Shown here: positions 39,603 to 55,134 of the stretch, piece by piece
Position numbering within the stretch: the stretch's first letter is position 1
Layout: each line of letters starts with the position of its first letter
Assembly: GCF_006345805.1 (NCBI RefSeq)
Contig: NC_043018.1
Span: 24,366,001-24,430,000, forward strand
Reading direction: 5' to 3'
From: Octopus sinensis
Lineage: Eukaryota
DNA length: 64,000 bases
Notes under the pieces: generated by a model
Databases searched by the model: none
Told to the model about the DNA's origin: nothing
What the model saw: only the letters and a program-made list of their open reading frames with translations
Position numbers and translations under genes: made by a program

Positions 39603-42600
39603 CAGTGTGTGTATATATATATATATATATCTATATATCATCATCTTATGTTAGGTCACTTTCGAGTGCTACTGGTAACATATAACCCAGTACAACCTGT
39701 TGCATGATCGGGTTGTCGGCGACTAAACTGGCAACCCCACCAAGCTTGCTTGGTGAGGAGGGTGTTTATTGGACACCCTGCGGGATGAAAAACAAAACCC
39801 GTCAAAGGGCGAAGGAACTCTTGAGAGTCAACTGCCATCCAATAAATGTCTTAAGGCTGTATCATGCGCGGGGACATAGAAATAATTGGACTGAATACCC
39901 GATCACACGGTTAAACCATTGGGCGTGAAGGACTCCTTGCCTTTGTTAGGGCATCCTTCCAGGAGAAGGTAACTTGGATAACTCCGACATAAAATCTGCG
40001 GCTCAGTGGTTACCGATGATGTTGACTTGTTTTTCTTTTTGGATTATGGCTGCTGTTGCTTAGTGAGTGGGATTGACTCAGTGTACAGCTTTTCCTCACT
40101 TTAAAAAAAGTCTTCTTGCACAGACATTGCACGATAACAACATTGATTAAGCTTCGTGCAATGGCCATACTCGATAACAAGGGGGCAGCCACCACCATAT
40201 ATCATCATCTTCATCATTGCTTAATGTCCGCCTTCCATTCTAGCATGGGTGGAATGGTTTCACAAGAGCTAGCCTGGCAGAAGCCTGCACCAGACTTCTG
40301 CAACTGTTTTGACAGGATTTTTACAGCTGGATGCTCTTCCAAACACCAACCACTTTACAGTATGGACCGCGTGCTTTTAAGTGGTACTTGCACTGATAGG
40401 GTCACCAAGTAACTTGCAAGACAAAAAGATATATATATTGGGTCATCCCATAAATAATGCAGTTTTTTTCAGTTGCATGAACTAAAAGTCGGAGGGGGCT
40501 GGATAAACTACCTGCATCAACTTGCTATAAAAGCAGGTAGTAATTTTACCTTGTGCTTATTCTTAGTGCAAGTTTTGAAGAGTGTTGTTCGATTTTAAGT
40601 TATTTTTTCAAAGCTCTCAGGGTTAATAAAAAGAAGTAGCAGTCAAGTACTGGGGTTGATGTAATTGACTTAACCCCTTCCCCAAAATTGCTGGCCTTGA
40701 GATCAGTATTTCATGCACTTGTAATTAAGCTTTTAATTGAAGTCTCTCTTAATTTTCTCTTCAGGTTCGATGAGCTTCATTTCGCTAAATTCGTTTCATT
40801 GTATCTCCAAAATATATTTTTCTTCGACATCCATCCTCCCCTGGGGAAGCTGTTGTTAACACTGGCAGGTAAATACAAATATTTTCTTTTATTCTTTTTT
40901 CTCTTTTACTTGTTCCAGTCTTTAGACTGGGTGGGGTGGGGGAGAGCATGCTGGTGTCCCTGCCATGAAGAAATTGCTAAAAAATACCTCGATACTTATT
41001 TTTTAAAGCCTGGTATGTATTCTGTTGGCCTCTTTTGCCAAACTGCTAAGTTTCAGGGATGTAAACAAACCAACGCTGGTTGTCAAGCAATGGTGGGGAA
41101 GAAACACAGATAAACATATACACATGATAGGCGTCTTTTAGTTTCCATCTGCCAAATCCACTCAAAAAGCTTTGGTTGGCCTGAGGCTTATAGTTGAAGA
41201 CATCTGTTCAAGGTGTCATGCAGTGGGACTGAACCTAGAATCATGTGGTTGGGAAGCAAACTTCTTACTACACAGCCATGCCGGTGCCTAAACAGTCATG
41301 CCAAATATCTTGAATGCCCTTTGCATTTATGAAAAGTATTGTTTACACTGTTGATCCCAATGCAAGGCAATCCAGTCATGACACTCCTGTCTGTTTTTCC
41401 TTGGACGGAGAACCCAGAATGCCATCATCCTGTGATCTCACTGTATTTTAAGACTGTGAAGTCTTGTTGCACATTATTGAAACAACACTAAATTAAGTTA
41501 GTCAGTGTGGCTGTGTGGTGAAGAAGCTTGCTTCCCAGTCTTGTGGTCTTGCTTTCAGTACCACTGTGTGACACCGTGGACAAGTGTCCTCTACTTTAGG
41601 CCTGGATCAACCAAAGCTTTGTGAGTGGATTTGGTAGATGGACACTGAAAGTGGAGATTGAGGTTTGTTGGCCACTGATGGAGAAGTAAAGAAGAACTTG
41701 TGAGTAATGTGTTACTGTGGACACCAAATCATGGTACCATAGTGGCTGGAAGACCATGGAAGATGTATATGCAACAGCTTGCAGAAGATTTTGGATGCCA
41801 AGTTAAAGACCTAAAAACACTAATGGATGATCGGAAGGGATGGAGAGAGGTTGTCAGGCTGGCCCAGGCAATCGTCCTGACTGGATGATGCCTTGATAGA
41901 AAAAAAAAGAAAAGCATATGGATGAGGATAGCTGCATAAAGAAGTGCCAATCTCTAATTGTGGAGGATACCTGTGGAAGGTATAGACCCAGGAAGATGTG
42001 GGACGAAGTGGTAAGAAAGGATCTGCGGATACTGGGCCTCAATGGGGAAATGATACTGGAACTGGGAGGATGTAGTGATTTGCTGTACTTAAGACATGTC
42101 AAGCTGAGTAAAATTGCTGTCTTCCACATATATGGGCTTGACCTTTCAGGTGCCAGTGCCACTTAAAAAGCACCTGTGCTGGTGCTATGTTAACACACCT
42201 GTGCCGGTGCTCCATAAATACACCCAATCTGGTGGCATGTAAAAGGCACCCGGCATACTCTGTTAAGTTGTTGGCGTTAGGAAGGGCATCCGGCCATAGA
42301 ACCATGCCACAACAGACAGTTGGAGCCTGGACAGCTCAATGTCAAACTGTCCAATCCATGCCAACATGGAAAGCAGATATTCAACAAACGATTACACATA
42401 CACAACACACACACACAAGAGGGTGCTGGAAAGTTCCTTGTTTTTAGGGGTATTATGAAAAGTTTAGATGGAGACCCAACCTTCTGAGTTCTTTTGCAGG
42501 GCTTAGAAAAACTGAAGGACCACTGCAATAAGTGTGTGAATCTGAGAGGGGAATATGGTGAATAAAATCATAATTAACTGATCTGCCTGTATTTTCTTTT

Positions 42601-45600
42601 ACCCAAAGCCAGGAACTTTTAAGCACCCCATTGTAGTTCTTTCTAATGTAGAATACTTCAATGATTTTTGTTTTTATTTTTAAATTCTATTTCCAGGTCA
42701 CTATACAGGATTTCAGGGAAACCTAAGTTTTGATCGGATTGGAACTGGTAAATATTTTTCTCTCATTACTAACAATATAATCTTTTACTTGTTTCTATCA
42801 TTAGAGTGTGGCCATGCTGGGGCACTTTCTTGAAGAATCTTTAGTCAAATGAATCAACCCCAGTACTTACTAATTCTTCTTTAAGCCTGGTACTTGTTCA
42901 GTCTCTTTGCTGAACTGCTAAGTTACAGGGACATAAACACACCAACACCAGTTGTCAAGTGGTTTTGAGGGACATCCTAAGACATACACACACACACACA
43001 CATGTATACATATTCTTTTATTCTTTTAGCCATTTGACTGTGGTCATGCTGGAGCCTTGAAGGCTTTTAGTTGAACAAATCAACCCCCACGACTTACTTT
43101 TTTAAGCCCAATACTTATTCTATTGGTCTCTTTTGCTGACCCACTAAGTTACAGGGGATGGAAACACACTAACACTAGTTGTCAAGTGGTGATGGGGTAA
43201 CACACAGACAGAAAGACATGCACGTATAGTTATATACATATACATACATACATATATATGTATATATATGATGGGCTTCTTTCAGTTTCCGTCTACCAAA
43301 TCCACTCAAGACTTTGGTCGGCCCGAGGCTATAGTAGAAAACACTTACCGAAGGTGCCACGCAGTGAGACCGAACCTGGAACCATGTGGTTGGGAAGCAA
43401 TCTTCTTACCACACAGCCATGCCTGACATGCTTCCTTCAGTTTCCCTCTACCAAATCCACTAACAAGGTTTTGGTTGGCCCAAGGCTGTAGTCGAAGACA
43501 CCCAAGATGCCATGAGGTGGGACTGAACCTGGAATCAAGTGGTTAAGAATCAAACTTCTTAGTACACAACCATCTCTGTGTCTATATAATAAATATTCTT
43601 TTATGATTCCTTTTCTTTTATTCTTTTACTTGTTTCAGTCATTTGACTGCGGCCATGCTGGAGCAAACTGACCCCAGGACTTATTATTTGGAAGCCTAGT
43701 ACCTATTCTATCAGTCTCTTTTGTCGAACTGCTAAGTTACAGAAACGTAAACACACTAGCATCGGCTGTCAAGCAATGTTGGGGGGACAAACACACACAC
43801 ACACACACGATGGGCTTCTTTCAGTTTCCGTCTGCCAAATCCACTCACAAGGCTTTGGTCGGCCCGAGGCTATAGTAGAAGACACTTGCCAAGGTGCTAC
43901 GCAGTGGGACTGAACCCGGAACCATGTGGCTGGTAAGCAAAGCTACTTACCACACAGCCACTCCTGTGCCTACAGGAGTGCAAAAAGAAAAAAAAATCTT
44001 TAAGAAATCAAACAAAACAAATTTATTACTTTGTTTGCACCTGAATTAGACTTGGTTCCATCACCAGCACCTACGACCCTGCAAGACTAGGGACACTCAG
44101 CTGGAGAGAGTTGCAAGGGCATCCACATGCTTTTACTTAGCTTCACATGTCTTTTCTAGCAAACTGTCAGGAGACTCTGAATGCTAAAAAGTTAATCTAT
44201 ATCAAAGTTTCTCTTCTCAGCAAACAACAATGACGGAGACAAATCTCACTTTGTATTCTCTAGATTCTAGATGACAGTCCTCCTCCATCCTCCTCCATCC
44301 TCCACCCATCTCCTCCATCCTCCTCCTCCTGCTCCCCCCTCCTCCTCATCATCATTTAGCATCCACTTTTCCATGCTTGTAAGGGTCAGATGGAGTTTAT
44401 TGAGGCAGTTTTATTATTACTGGAGTGTGTGTGTGACAAGTGGAGCTTATTGCTCCCCCTTCTGCCTGCACCCCCCCCTCGTCCCTCCCAGTTTGTTACC
44501 CCCTCTCCACTCTACTGGTTTCCACCCCATCACCACCCCTGTCCATCACCCAGTATCTCTTCCCCCATACCCTCTTTGGCTGTTCCCTCTCTTTCTGCCT
44601 GTCATATCCTCCTCCACCTGCCACTCATCTCTGCAAAACCTCAGTGGGGCTGTTGAGGTTACCCACCACTACCACCACCATTACCTATAATGATTTATTG
44701 TTGTTCCTTCTGTCCAGAATACCCATCGACAGTTCCAGTCAGCCAGTTGCGATTACTACCAGCCATATTAGGAAGTCTTCTGGTTCCGCTCGTTTACCAA
44801 ATAGTTGTGGAACTTCATCTCTCTCGATGGGCAGCACTTTTAGCTGCAAGCTTTGTGTTATTTGGTAAGTCTTCTATCTTTTTACCAGTTCTTTCTACTG
44901 TCTTCTTTTACATTTCCCAAGCCATTTTTTTTTTTGTTTTAATTTGCATTGTATTTTGGCCATCTTCACAATATCTTCTGACCATCACACTCATGATCAC
45001 ACAAACCCTCCCCTTCTTACATGACTCCTTTATCTTTCAGACAATGCCATCCTTGTGCAGTCTCGCTTCATCCTCATGGAAGGCATGCTTCTCTTCTTCA
45101 TAGCATTGGCCCTGCTCTGTTTTCTAAAGTTCCACCACATGCCTGAACAGTAAGTTTCTACCAACATAATTAACCTTTCGTTTTCTGTAAATAATAACCA
45201 CATTTATTAGTTGTGTCTGGGGAGAGTCATTCTCTTTTAGTGCCTTATTATTTAACACACTCACCGGTAAAATTTCCACTTATTTCTTATAGAGTCAAGA
45301 CTATTGAAAAGGTTGCAAGACGCAACGAAAATTTTAGGAAAATAAAAATAAGAAATAAGTGGAAATTTTACCTGTGTGTGTGTTAAATAATAAGGTACTA
45401 AAAGAGAATGACTCTCCCCAGACACAACAGTATATGTTTCAACACACGAACTCATATAAAAGAATCTTGCAAACCAAATCCAAAAACGAAATATTTATTA
45501 GCCTAAAGCTTGTAAGTAATCACTGTGCATTGACTGAAGAAATCAGTCTCTTAATCGTTGGGCAATATGCTGTGCTTGAGAAGACCTGTTGAGTCAAGTG

Positions 45601-47386
45601 AAATCGTCATGGCTGATGCCAGTACCGACTGACTGGCATCTTTGCCGATGACACAGCACCATTTGAGCTTGGTTGATGCCAGTGTTGCCAGACTGGTTCC
45701 CATACTGGTGGCATATAAAAAGCACCATTTGAACATGGTCCATGCCAAAGTTGCCTGACTGTCGCCCGTGCCACCGGCACACAAAAAATGCAATCACTAC
45801 ATTCTTGAAGTGGTTGGCATTAGGAAGGGCATCCGGTTTCAGAAACCTTGCCAGATCAGATTGGAGCCCAGTGCAACCTCCTGGCTTTCCAGTCCCTAGT
45901 CAAACGGTGCAAATGAAGGGTGGTTTTCATTTAGATTCTTTGAAGCAGGAAACTTTTATCACAGAGCCAAGGATGGTCTCAGGCAGTTTGGCGTCAAAAG
46001 GGTTGATGTTCAGTCTTAGTCTATGATGGAACAATAACTGTTCTGGTAACTCTATCGAAGAACTGACCATGATTTCTTTTGATTTTCTTTTTTTTTCCTC
46101 CAGGGAATTTAATCTTCAGTGGTGGTTATGGTTGACTATAACTGGGCTTTCATTGACGTGTGCATTCAGGTATGTTCTCTTCATATATTCTTTCTCTCCC
46201 CCCAGTTTTTCTCTTCCTCTCCCTTCCTTTCCATTTCTTTCTCACTCCTCTTCCTTCCACCCCCATGCGTCTTTGATTCAGTGTTCTAATCCATTAATTA
46301 TCTTTGATTTGCAGCATCAAATATATTGGTTTGATGACATTCATCCTTGTGTTGCTGTCAATTTTCAAAGACTATTGGTCAATGTTAGCAGATATTCTCA
46401 AATCTGACGTGAGTTCTTCTATTTTTTGAAGGTTTTGTGTGTGTGGGTGTGTGGTATATTACGTGCGTGTAAGAGGTTTGGTGGCTGTAATCGTGGAAAT
46501 GTTAGCTATAAAGAAATTAGATATGAACAGGCATGGCTGTGTCATAAGAAGCTTGCTTCCTAACGGCATTGTTCTGAGTTCAGTCCCTCTGTGTGGCAGC
46601 TTGGGTTATAGCCTTGGGACAACCAAATCCAGTCCATCGCAGCATTAACCAAGAAACAGGAAGAGAGAGTGAGAGAAAGTTGTGGCGAAATAGTACAACA
46701 GGGGTTGCCATCACCCTCTGCTGGAGCCTCATGGAGCTTTTAGGTGTTTTCATTCAATAAATACACACAACGCCCGGTCTGGGAATTGAAGCCACGATCC
46801 TCCAACCACGAGTCCACTGCCCTAACCACTGGGCCATTGCGCCTCCACATTGTCTACATATATGACCCAGAAAAGAAACCTTACCTAGACTAAATAATAA
46901 TCATAATCTTTGTGTGTGTGCAAATGTGTGTCAGTGTGTCTCTGCTCTTCTGAAAGTAATATTTTCTTTCCATCTTTGCTCTCCAACCAACAGTTGTGCC
47001 TAGTTCAACATTTCTGTGCACGCTTCATGTGTCTGTTTATAATTCCTGCATTCCTCTACATTGGAATATTCTTCATACATCTGAGCATTCTCACCAAAGC
47101 TGGACCCCACGATAATGTCATGACCAGTGCGTTTCAGGCTAGCCTTGAGGTAAGTAAGACATACTCTCTCTCTCTTTTACTCTTTTACTTGTTTCAGTCA
47201 TTTGACTGTGGCCATGCTGGAGCACTGCCTTTTGTCGAGCAAATCGACCCCGGGACTTATTCTTTATAAGCCCAGTACTTATTCTATCGGTCTTTTTTGC
47301 CGAACCGCTAAGAGACAGGGATGTAAACACACCAGCATCGGTTGTCAAGCAATGCTAGAGGGACAAACACAGACACACAAACATAT

Positions 47387-47423
<37 letters not shown>

Positions 47424-50400
47424 ACAGGCTTATTTCAGTTTCCATCTACCAAATCCACTCACAAGGCTTTGGTCGGCCTGAGGCTATAGCAGAAGACACT
47501 TGCCCAAGATGCCACGCAGTGGGACCGAACCCGGAACCATGTGGTTGGTTAGCAAGCTACTTACCACACAGCTACTCCTGTGCCTACTTAAATCTTTCAT
47601 CATCATTATCATCATCCTCCTCAAACATCCAATTTTCATGTTGGCATAGGTTGGATGGGTTGACCAGAGCTGGAAAGCCAGAGAGCTGCACCAGCTTTCA
47701 GTCTGGTTTCGCTTGGTTTCTGTGGCTAGATGCCCTTCTTAATGACAACCGCTTTACAGTGTATGATGGGTGCTTTTAATGTGACACCAGCACAAGCACT
47801 TGTAAGTGGCACCGGCACAAGTGCTTTTTACATGGCACCACCACCGGGCTCTTGCAGGCCGATGCTCTTCATCAGCAGGGAGTGGCCTCAACACTTCTGC
47901 TGTGGAGGACAAGTCTTCTTGTTGTGGATGATCAACCCTACCTCAGCTCTGATGGAGTAGATCTTTCATGGAAGACATTCCAATTGTGACCATCAAGTCT
48001 ATTTCCTAATGTATCTAGGACTAAATTATCAAATATATCATCCTTTTATTTTTAACATAGTATGCCAACATGGTGATAGTATATGATTTGAAGGTAATTT
48101 GACTGCTATTTCTAGAAGGTTAATGACCATGTAAAGGTTGTCTTGCTGATATGAATATTGATGAATTCTGTTGAGAAGTTGGTTGGCTGAAACAATTGGC
48201 ACCTCTCACTTGAAGAGTCATCTTTAATTTCTGGTGTGAAACAGAAAACTCCCAGTTTCATTCCATGCTTCTGAAACCCTTAACTACAGCATCAGATCAA
48301 TCTGGACTGGGGATTGAACTGTTGTTGCCAAGATGTGCACACAAAGGAATGCAGAGTATCAAGTCTCTGGTGATGTGGCAGTGATGGTGATGATGATAGT
48401 CATGTCCTGTTGCCTCTTGCAATCTCCCTTGTATAGTATTACTGTTGTATTAGAGAGTTGGAAGAAGTGTGTTCCAGTGAATGCCACCCACCAAAGATGA
48501 TAGGGGTCCTGCCTTAATAAGGTACATATTGAGACCTTGTTCTCCATTAATCGGTTAGGCCATTTTGTAGCCACTGACTTTCATTTTGGTTACTCAGAGG
48601 GATCAAGTTTAGTGGTTAATAGCACCTCTTAACCCTTTAACTGTGAAATAAAATTTCATAGTTATTCCAGTTAAATTAGAATTGGTATTTTCTGCAGGTC
48701 AGTTTGATTAACTAAAGCCCTTCAACGTATACCCCAGCATATACCCGAAGTCCAGTGACTGAAAGAGGTAAAACAAAACCAGAATGTCTGTGTGTCTTTG
48801 ACCCTTAAACTGCAAAATTAAATTTCATGGTTATTCTTTTAGTAATGATGTTAAATATCTTCAAAAAATTGGAATTTTCTGCAAGTCACATTGCCTCAGA
48901 AAGCTTGATATGTCTCAATGAAAAATGTTTTCAAACCTGACTTTCTCAGCAAAAGATAGATTGATATATATAACTGCTTTCTGTCTGAGTGGACATATCT
49001 GATTTCTACAGTGAAGGGGTTATGTTCCTCTTCAAGATCCTGCTGTGTTTACTAACAAGCCACCCTAATGTCAGTGACCACAACCTGTGTTACTTAAAGA
49101 GATAAAGTTAGTGGTTAACAAGAACTAAATATCACCAAGCATTTTGTCTGCTTCCCCAGTTACTATATTTGATGGCAAAAATGATACACTTTTTCCTGAA
49201 AAAAATTGTTAAAAAAAAAGAAAATAATCACACCGAGTCCTTTATGTAAAGTTGGACCTTCCATACGCCACTGCATGCTTTAACCCTTTAGCTTTCAGAT
49301 TAATCAATCAACTGTAATGCTTATTTATTCACATTGTTCAAATGAATTACGCATTATCTCATAGCTTTGAGATTCTGGAAATATGATTGTTTGATTTTTG
49401 AATGACATTGTAGGGAAGGTGTGAGAGGCCAGATCTGGCCAGTTTGAACATAAAACAGGCCAACTATTTGGGTTGGATAAGGTCTGTTTAAATTCTAAAG
49501 GGTTAATACACTAAAACTATTCTTTCTGAAATTGGAGTGCATCTTATGTGCCGGGATGACTTTCATGCCATCACAAATTTGGTATATTGTTTTTATTTCT
49601 TATATTCTTTGATGGCATTTAAAAAGCATTTCCTTTTTGAAAAATATCCCCAAAAATCACCTTGGGTCCCCCATAAACTACCATATGCTTTAATCTACTA
49701 AAATCTTTTCTTCTTGACTATGTGATTATAATATGCTTGTACATCTTTTTATTGCATCAAAAATAATGTATATTGCTTTCATTTCTTCTGTTCTTTGTTT
49801 AAAGGGTGGCTTGGCAGCACTGACCAAAGGCCAGCCACTAAATGTAGCTTACGGGTCACAAATCACGTTACGCTACAACAACAACCCATCGCCTGGTCGA
49901 CCTTGCTGGTTACATTCCCACCCACACGTCTACCCGATCCGATATGTCGATGGCCGAGGCAGCAGCCACCAACAACAAGTGACCTGTTACATCTTTAAAG
50001 ATCTCTACAACTGGTGGATTATCAAACATCCAAACAGGTAGGTCAAAGGTCAACTCTTGTTCTAAGTAAACCCTACTTTCTTTTCTTATTTTATTACTAC
50101 CCACAAGGGGCTACACACAGAGGGGACAAACAAGGACAGACAAATGGATTAAGTCGATTATATTGACTCCAGTGCATAACTGGTACTTAATTTATCGACC
50201 CCGAAAGGATGAAAGGCAAAGTCGACCTCAGCGGAATTTGAACTCAGAACGTAACGGCAGACGAAATACGGCTACGCATTTCGCCCAGCGTGCTAACGTT
50301 TCTGCAAGCTCGCCGCCTTACTTTCTTTTCTGTCTGTCTGTTTGTCTTTCACTCAGCTCCCTCCTTATAACTAGATACCTGTGCTTTTCCTTCTACTGTA

Positions 50401-53400
50401 TTTTTAGTCTCTCAACACCTGGCATAGAGCCACCTCCTCACCTCAAATACTTCCCTACACTTTAGCTGAGGGGATGGGTTTATCATATTCGTTTCTTGTC
50501 TTCCAAGTTACTTGGTGATGTCACTAGCACTGGTGCATGTGAAATGCACCCAGTATGCACTGCAAAGTGGTTGACATTAGGAAGGGCATTCAGATGCAGA
50601 AACCATCCTAAAGTTTACACTGGAGCTCAACACAGCCTTGCGGCTTGCCCGATCCTGTCAAACTGTCCAACCCATGCCAGCATAGAAAACAGACGTTGAA
50701 TAATGATGGTGATGATGACTTACCTTTCATTCTCTGCAGCCTTTCCTCTCTCTCACTCACTCCTTGCTCTTTCTTTCCCTTTGTTTTTCTCTGTCTCTCT
50801 TTCTCTTACTGCTCCTCTTTCACTTTCCATCTCTCTCACTCTCTCTCTCATTGTGCCTCTCTGTTTCTCTCTCTTTCTCTCAGGTCTACTAATTACCCAT
50901 TTTGAACCTCTAGCTCTCTCATAGACCTGACCAAAATAAGATATAAAATACACCCTCTTTGAAAATCAGACAACTCTTGCTTCTGATGTTTGCAACATGG
51001 CCAGTTCCTATAAACGATTAATATACAGTAACCTGAAATGAAAAATACGTTAACAAGTTTGAAGCACCAGGAAGAGTCTGCACTGATAAAATGATAGGAG
51101 GCGGGGTGTCTATTTACTTTTGAGATGTCTGTGTGTGTGTGTCTTGTTAATTCATCTGTCATTGTTGACAATGACCAAGGACATCATCTCATAGGAGCAG
51201 ACTGGGCATGGTGTGTCTGGCCGTGGCCAATCAGTCTGATGCATGCTCGGAAGGCTCTACTCCAGTACATTGAGCACTCATGGTCTGTTGGAAATGAAGG
51301 CAAGGTGGATCTGGTCTGTGCCTCTGCAATCTTGTTCTGTTCATCGGAGGTGGAACTTCTGTTGGTGCAGCTTCACCAGGCACAGTAGTCTTGTGCTTAC
51401 ATTTCCCAGATGTCTCAAACACACACACACACACGCATGCATGGACGTGTATTGTTGCTCAGTATTATCCCTCTCTTTAAGATGGTGAGCTGGCAGAATT
51501 GTTAGCATGCTGGGTGAAAAGCTTAGCAGCATTTCATCTGTCTTTACGTTCTGAGTTCAAATTCTGCTGGAGCTGACTTTGCCTTTCATCCTTTTGGAGT
51601 CGATAAAATAAGTACCAGTGAAACGCTGGGGTCAATGTAATTGATCTACCCCTTCCTCGAAATTGCTGACCTTGTGGCAAAATTTGAAACCAATATAATC
51701 TCTCTCTCTCTTATTCTCTTCCAGCAACACATTAATGGTAAATGACCCTCCACAACCAGTGAAACATGGAGACTTAATCCAGTTGGTACATGGATTAACA
51801 GGCAGAGCATTAAACAGGTTTGTTGCCTTGGCAACTAATTTGCCTCTTCTGATTCCTTTTTTTATTTCTTTAGTTCTCTTATGTTTTTTTTTGGTTATTT
51901 GTTTGTGTGTGTGGTAGATGGAGGTTGTATGAGAGAAGGGGTGGGAGTCATGGTAGAAACAGTTGTATGAGTGTGGTGGTTGTGGTGGTGGTGGAAGAAA
52001 CTGAATGAGCCTGAATATGAATGAATGTAGTTTGTGGCAGGAATTATGAGTGAGGGCAGTTTGTGGTAGAAAGGATGAGTGAGGGCAGTGTGTGGTAGAA
52101 AGGATGAGTGAGGGCAGTGTGTGGTAGAAAGGATGAGTGAGGGCAGTTTGTGGTAGAAAGGATGAGTGAGGGCAGTGTGTGGTAGAAAGGGTGAATGAGG
52201 GCAGTTTGTGGTAGAAAGGAAGAGTGAGGGCAGTTTGTGGTAGAAAGGATGAGTGAGGGCAGTTTGTGGTAGAAAGGGTGAATGAGGGCAGTTTGTGGTA
52301 GAAAGGGTGAATGAGGGCAGTTTGTGGTAGAAAGGGTGAATGAGGGCAGTTTGTGGTAGAAAGGAAGAGTGAGGGCAGTTTGTGGTAGAAAGGATGAGTG
52401 AGGGCAGTTTGTGGTAGAAAGGGTGAATGAGGGCAGTTTGTGGTAGAAAGGATGAGTGAGGGCAGTTTATGGCAGGAATTATGTCCAAAAGTATTGGAGA
52501 CTACAAAGAAAGCAGATAAATAAAAAAGATCCTTTTCTGCTGAACTCTTAAATAATGCAACTAAGCATAAAATAAGCATGGTCTAAATATGAAAATATAA
52601 ATACCTAATAAGCCCCCAAATAGCCCCTTTTTAAATGGATCTTTGCTTGGCTCTGGTCTCATGATATAACACAGATGAGGGATCACTCTCCATCTGGTTA
52701 ACACACCAGTCTACCAAAGGTAGCATTCTCCAGCCCTGAATCATCCCTGATCCAACTGACCAGTGATCAAAGATATTCCAGTTATGACCACTTCCTCTCT
52801 ATCTTATTTGTTTAGGTATTGCATAGCTTAGACAATATTATCCATTGTGTTATATTTTCAACTTTATCGATACCAACACGCCTGATACTACCCTTGGTCT
52901 ATGAAACAAAATTTCCATTTTAAAATGATTTAACCTTTAGTATTTAAACCAGTCATAGCCAGACCAAATATTCTCCATTTTTATGTCCAACCCAGCCATA
53001 TCAGACCTCTCACATTTGTGCTACAATGTCATTCTTAACAGAAACAATCACATCATTGACATTTTAAAGCTATCAGATTAACCCTTTCATTACTGTATTT
53101 ATTTTGAGATGCTCTGTGTTTTTTTTCAATTACTTTAAATATAACAAAGAATTTAGGAAAATAACTAAGTTATCATTCAGCTAGTGTTAGGGACATAAAT
53201 TGTGACTAAAGTTTGGAAGATTTTAGTTCAAAACTTATGCCATCAAGACATTTGTACTCAGAGCCAGAGCCGGTTTCAGCCTGGTTGGTATCGAAAGGGT
53301 TAATGCATAATGAATTTAAAAGAATTTGAATAAATAAGCAGGCGCAGGAGTGGCTGTGTGGTAAGTAGCTTGTTTACCAACCACATGGGACCGGGTTCAG

Positions 53401-55055
53401 TCCCACTGCGTGGCACCTTGGGCAAGTGTCTTCTATAGCCTCGGGCCGACCAAAGCCTTGTGAGTGGATTTGGTAGACGGAAACTGAAAGAAGCCCGTCG
53501 TATATATGTATATGTGTGTGTGCGTGTATGTTTGTGTTTGTCCCCCTAGCATTGCTTGACAACTGATGCTGGTGTGTTTATGTCCCCGTCACTTAGCGGT
53601 TCGGCAAAAGAGACCGATAGAATAAGTACTGGTCTTACAAAAAATAAGTCCTAGGGTTGAGTTGCTCGATTAAAGGCGGTGCTCCAGCATGGCTGCAGTC
53701 AAATGACTGAAACAAGTAAAAGAGTAAGAGTATTACATTTGACAATAACCTGAATGCTAAAGGGTTAAATTGAAATTTTCTGTCAAGACATGTTCACTTA
53801 TTGTTCCAAGCACAGGCTTAATAGTGACAAAGTTATTTTATTAATTTTGTTATTATTCCAATATTAACACACACACTGGTTCAATTCCACTCTTTTGCTA
53901 TTAGTCAGTTTGGTTAATATCCAACTAATTGATTGATTGTTTAATGTGGTTAAACAGTAAATCGTTTGTTTGATTTCTGTTTGTTTCTATCAAAGCTCTT
54001 TCGTTGCTATTTGCAACAACCTTTTCGATGACTTTTCTCTTAGTCCATTACAAAGGCCACGTTTGTCTGCCTGAGATCTTGTTGCATGCGTATGTGTGCT
54101 TGCATATGTATGTATGTACTCTTTACTCTTTTACTTGTTTCAGTCATTTGACTGTGACCATACTAGCAAATAAACTCCAGGACTTATTCTTTGTAAGCCT
54201 AGTACTTATTCTATTGGTCTCTTTTGTCAAACCACTAAGTTACGGGGACGTAAACACACCTGCATTGGTTGTCAAGCGATGTTGGGGGAACAAACACACA
54301 CACATACAAACATATATATATACATATATACGACAGGCTTCTTTCAGTTTCCATCTACCAAATCCACTCACAAGGCTTTGGTCAGCCCGAGGCTATAGTA
54401 GAAGACACTTGCCCAAGGTGCCACGCAGTGGGACTGAACCCAGAACCATGTGGTCCGTAAGCAAGCTACTTACCACACAGCCACTCCTGCACCTGTATTT
54501 TACTTAATTATTTTACTAAATTAATAAGACATTTTAAGAAACGAGGCCAATAATGACCCTATCGTTTTCTGTTTTCTTAATTCCATTCACTTACTGTCGT
54601 TGACTAGCCATGATGTAGCAGCACCCATGAGTCCACAGAACCAAGAAGTCTCTTGCTACATTGACTACAATGTATCGATGCCATCACAAAATCTCTGGAG
54701 AGTCGTAAGTCTATTTTCTTTGAGCTTTTTCTCTTGTTCTCTCTCTCCCTTCATCTTTCCTTTCTCTCCCTCTGACCCTAACCCTCTCCCAACCAATGGA
54801 GCCCATCTGCCAGTTTCTGATCTTTTTAATAAAACTTTATTTGTTTATCTTTTATCTTCTACTTGTTTCAGTCGTTAGACTGTGGCCATACTGGGGCACT
54901 GCCTTGAAGAATTTTTGTTGAATGAATCGACCCCAGTACTTATCCTTTTTTCTAAAACCTGGCACTTATTATATTGGTCTCTTCTGCTGAACCAGTTATG
55001 GGACATAAACACACCAACACTGGTGGGGAAGACAGAGACACCAAGACACACACAC

Positions 55056-55134
<79 letters not shown>

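Noticed and set aside
47855-47880. CTGATGA on the minus strand, and CTGATGA at about 20494 on the plus strand
   Set aside because: No correctly placed GAAA-stem III-GUH or paired stem II, so not hammerheads.
51632-52579. 315-aa minus-strand ORF with a repeating [21 protein letters not shown] unit
   Set aside because: Product of the 29-bp minisatellite, antisense to a POMT1 intron and exon 11; no independent coding signal.
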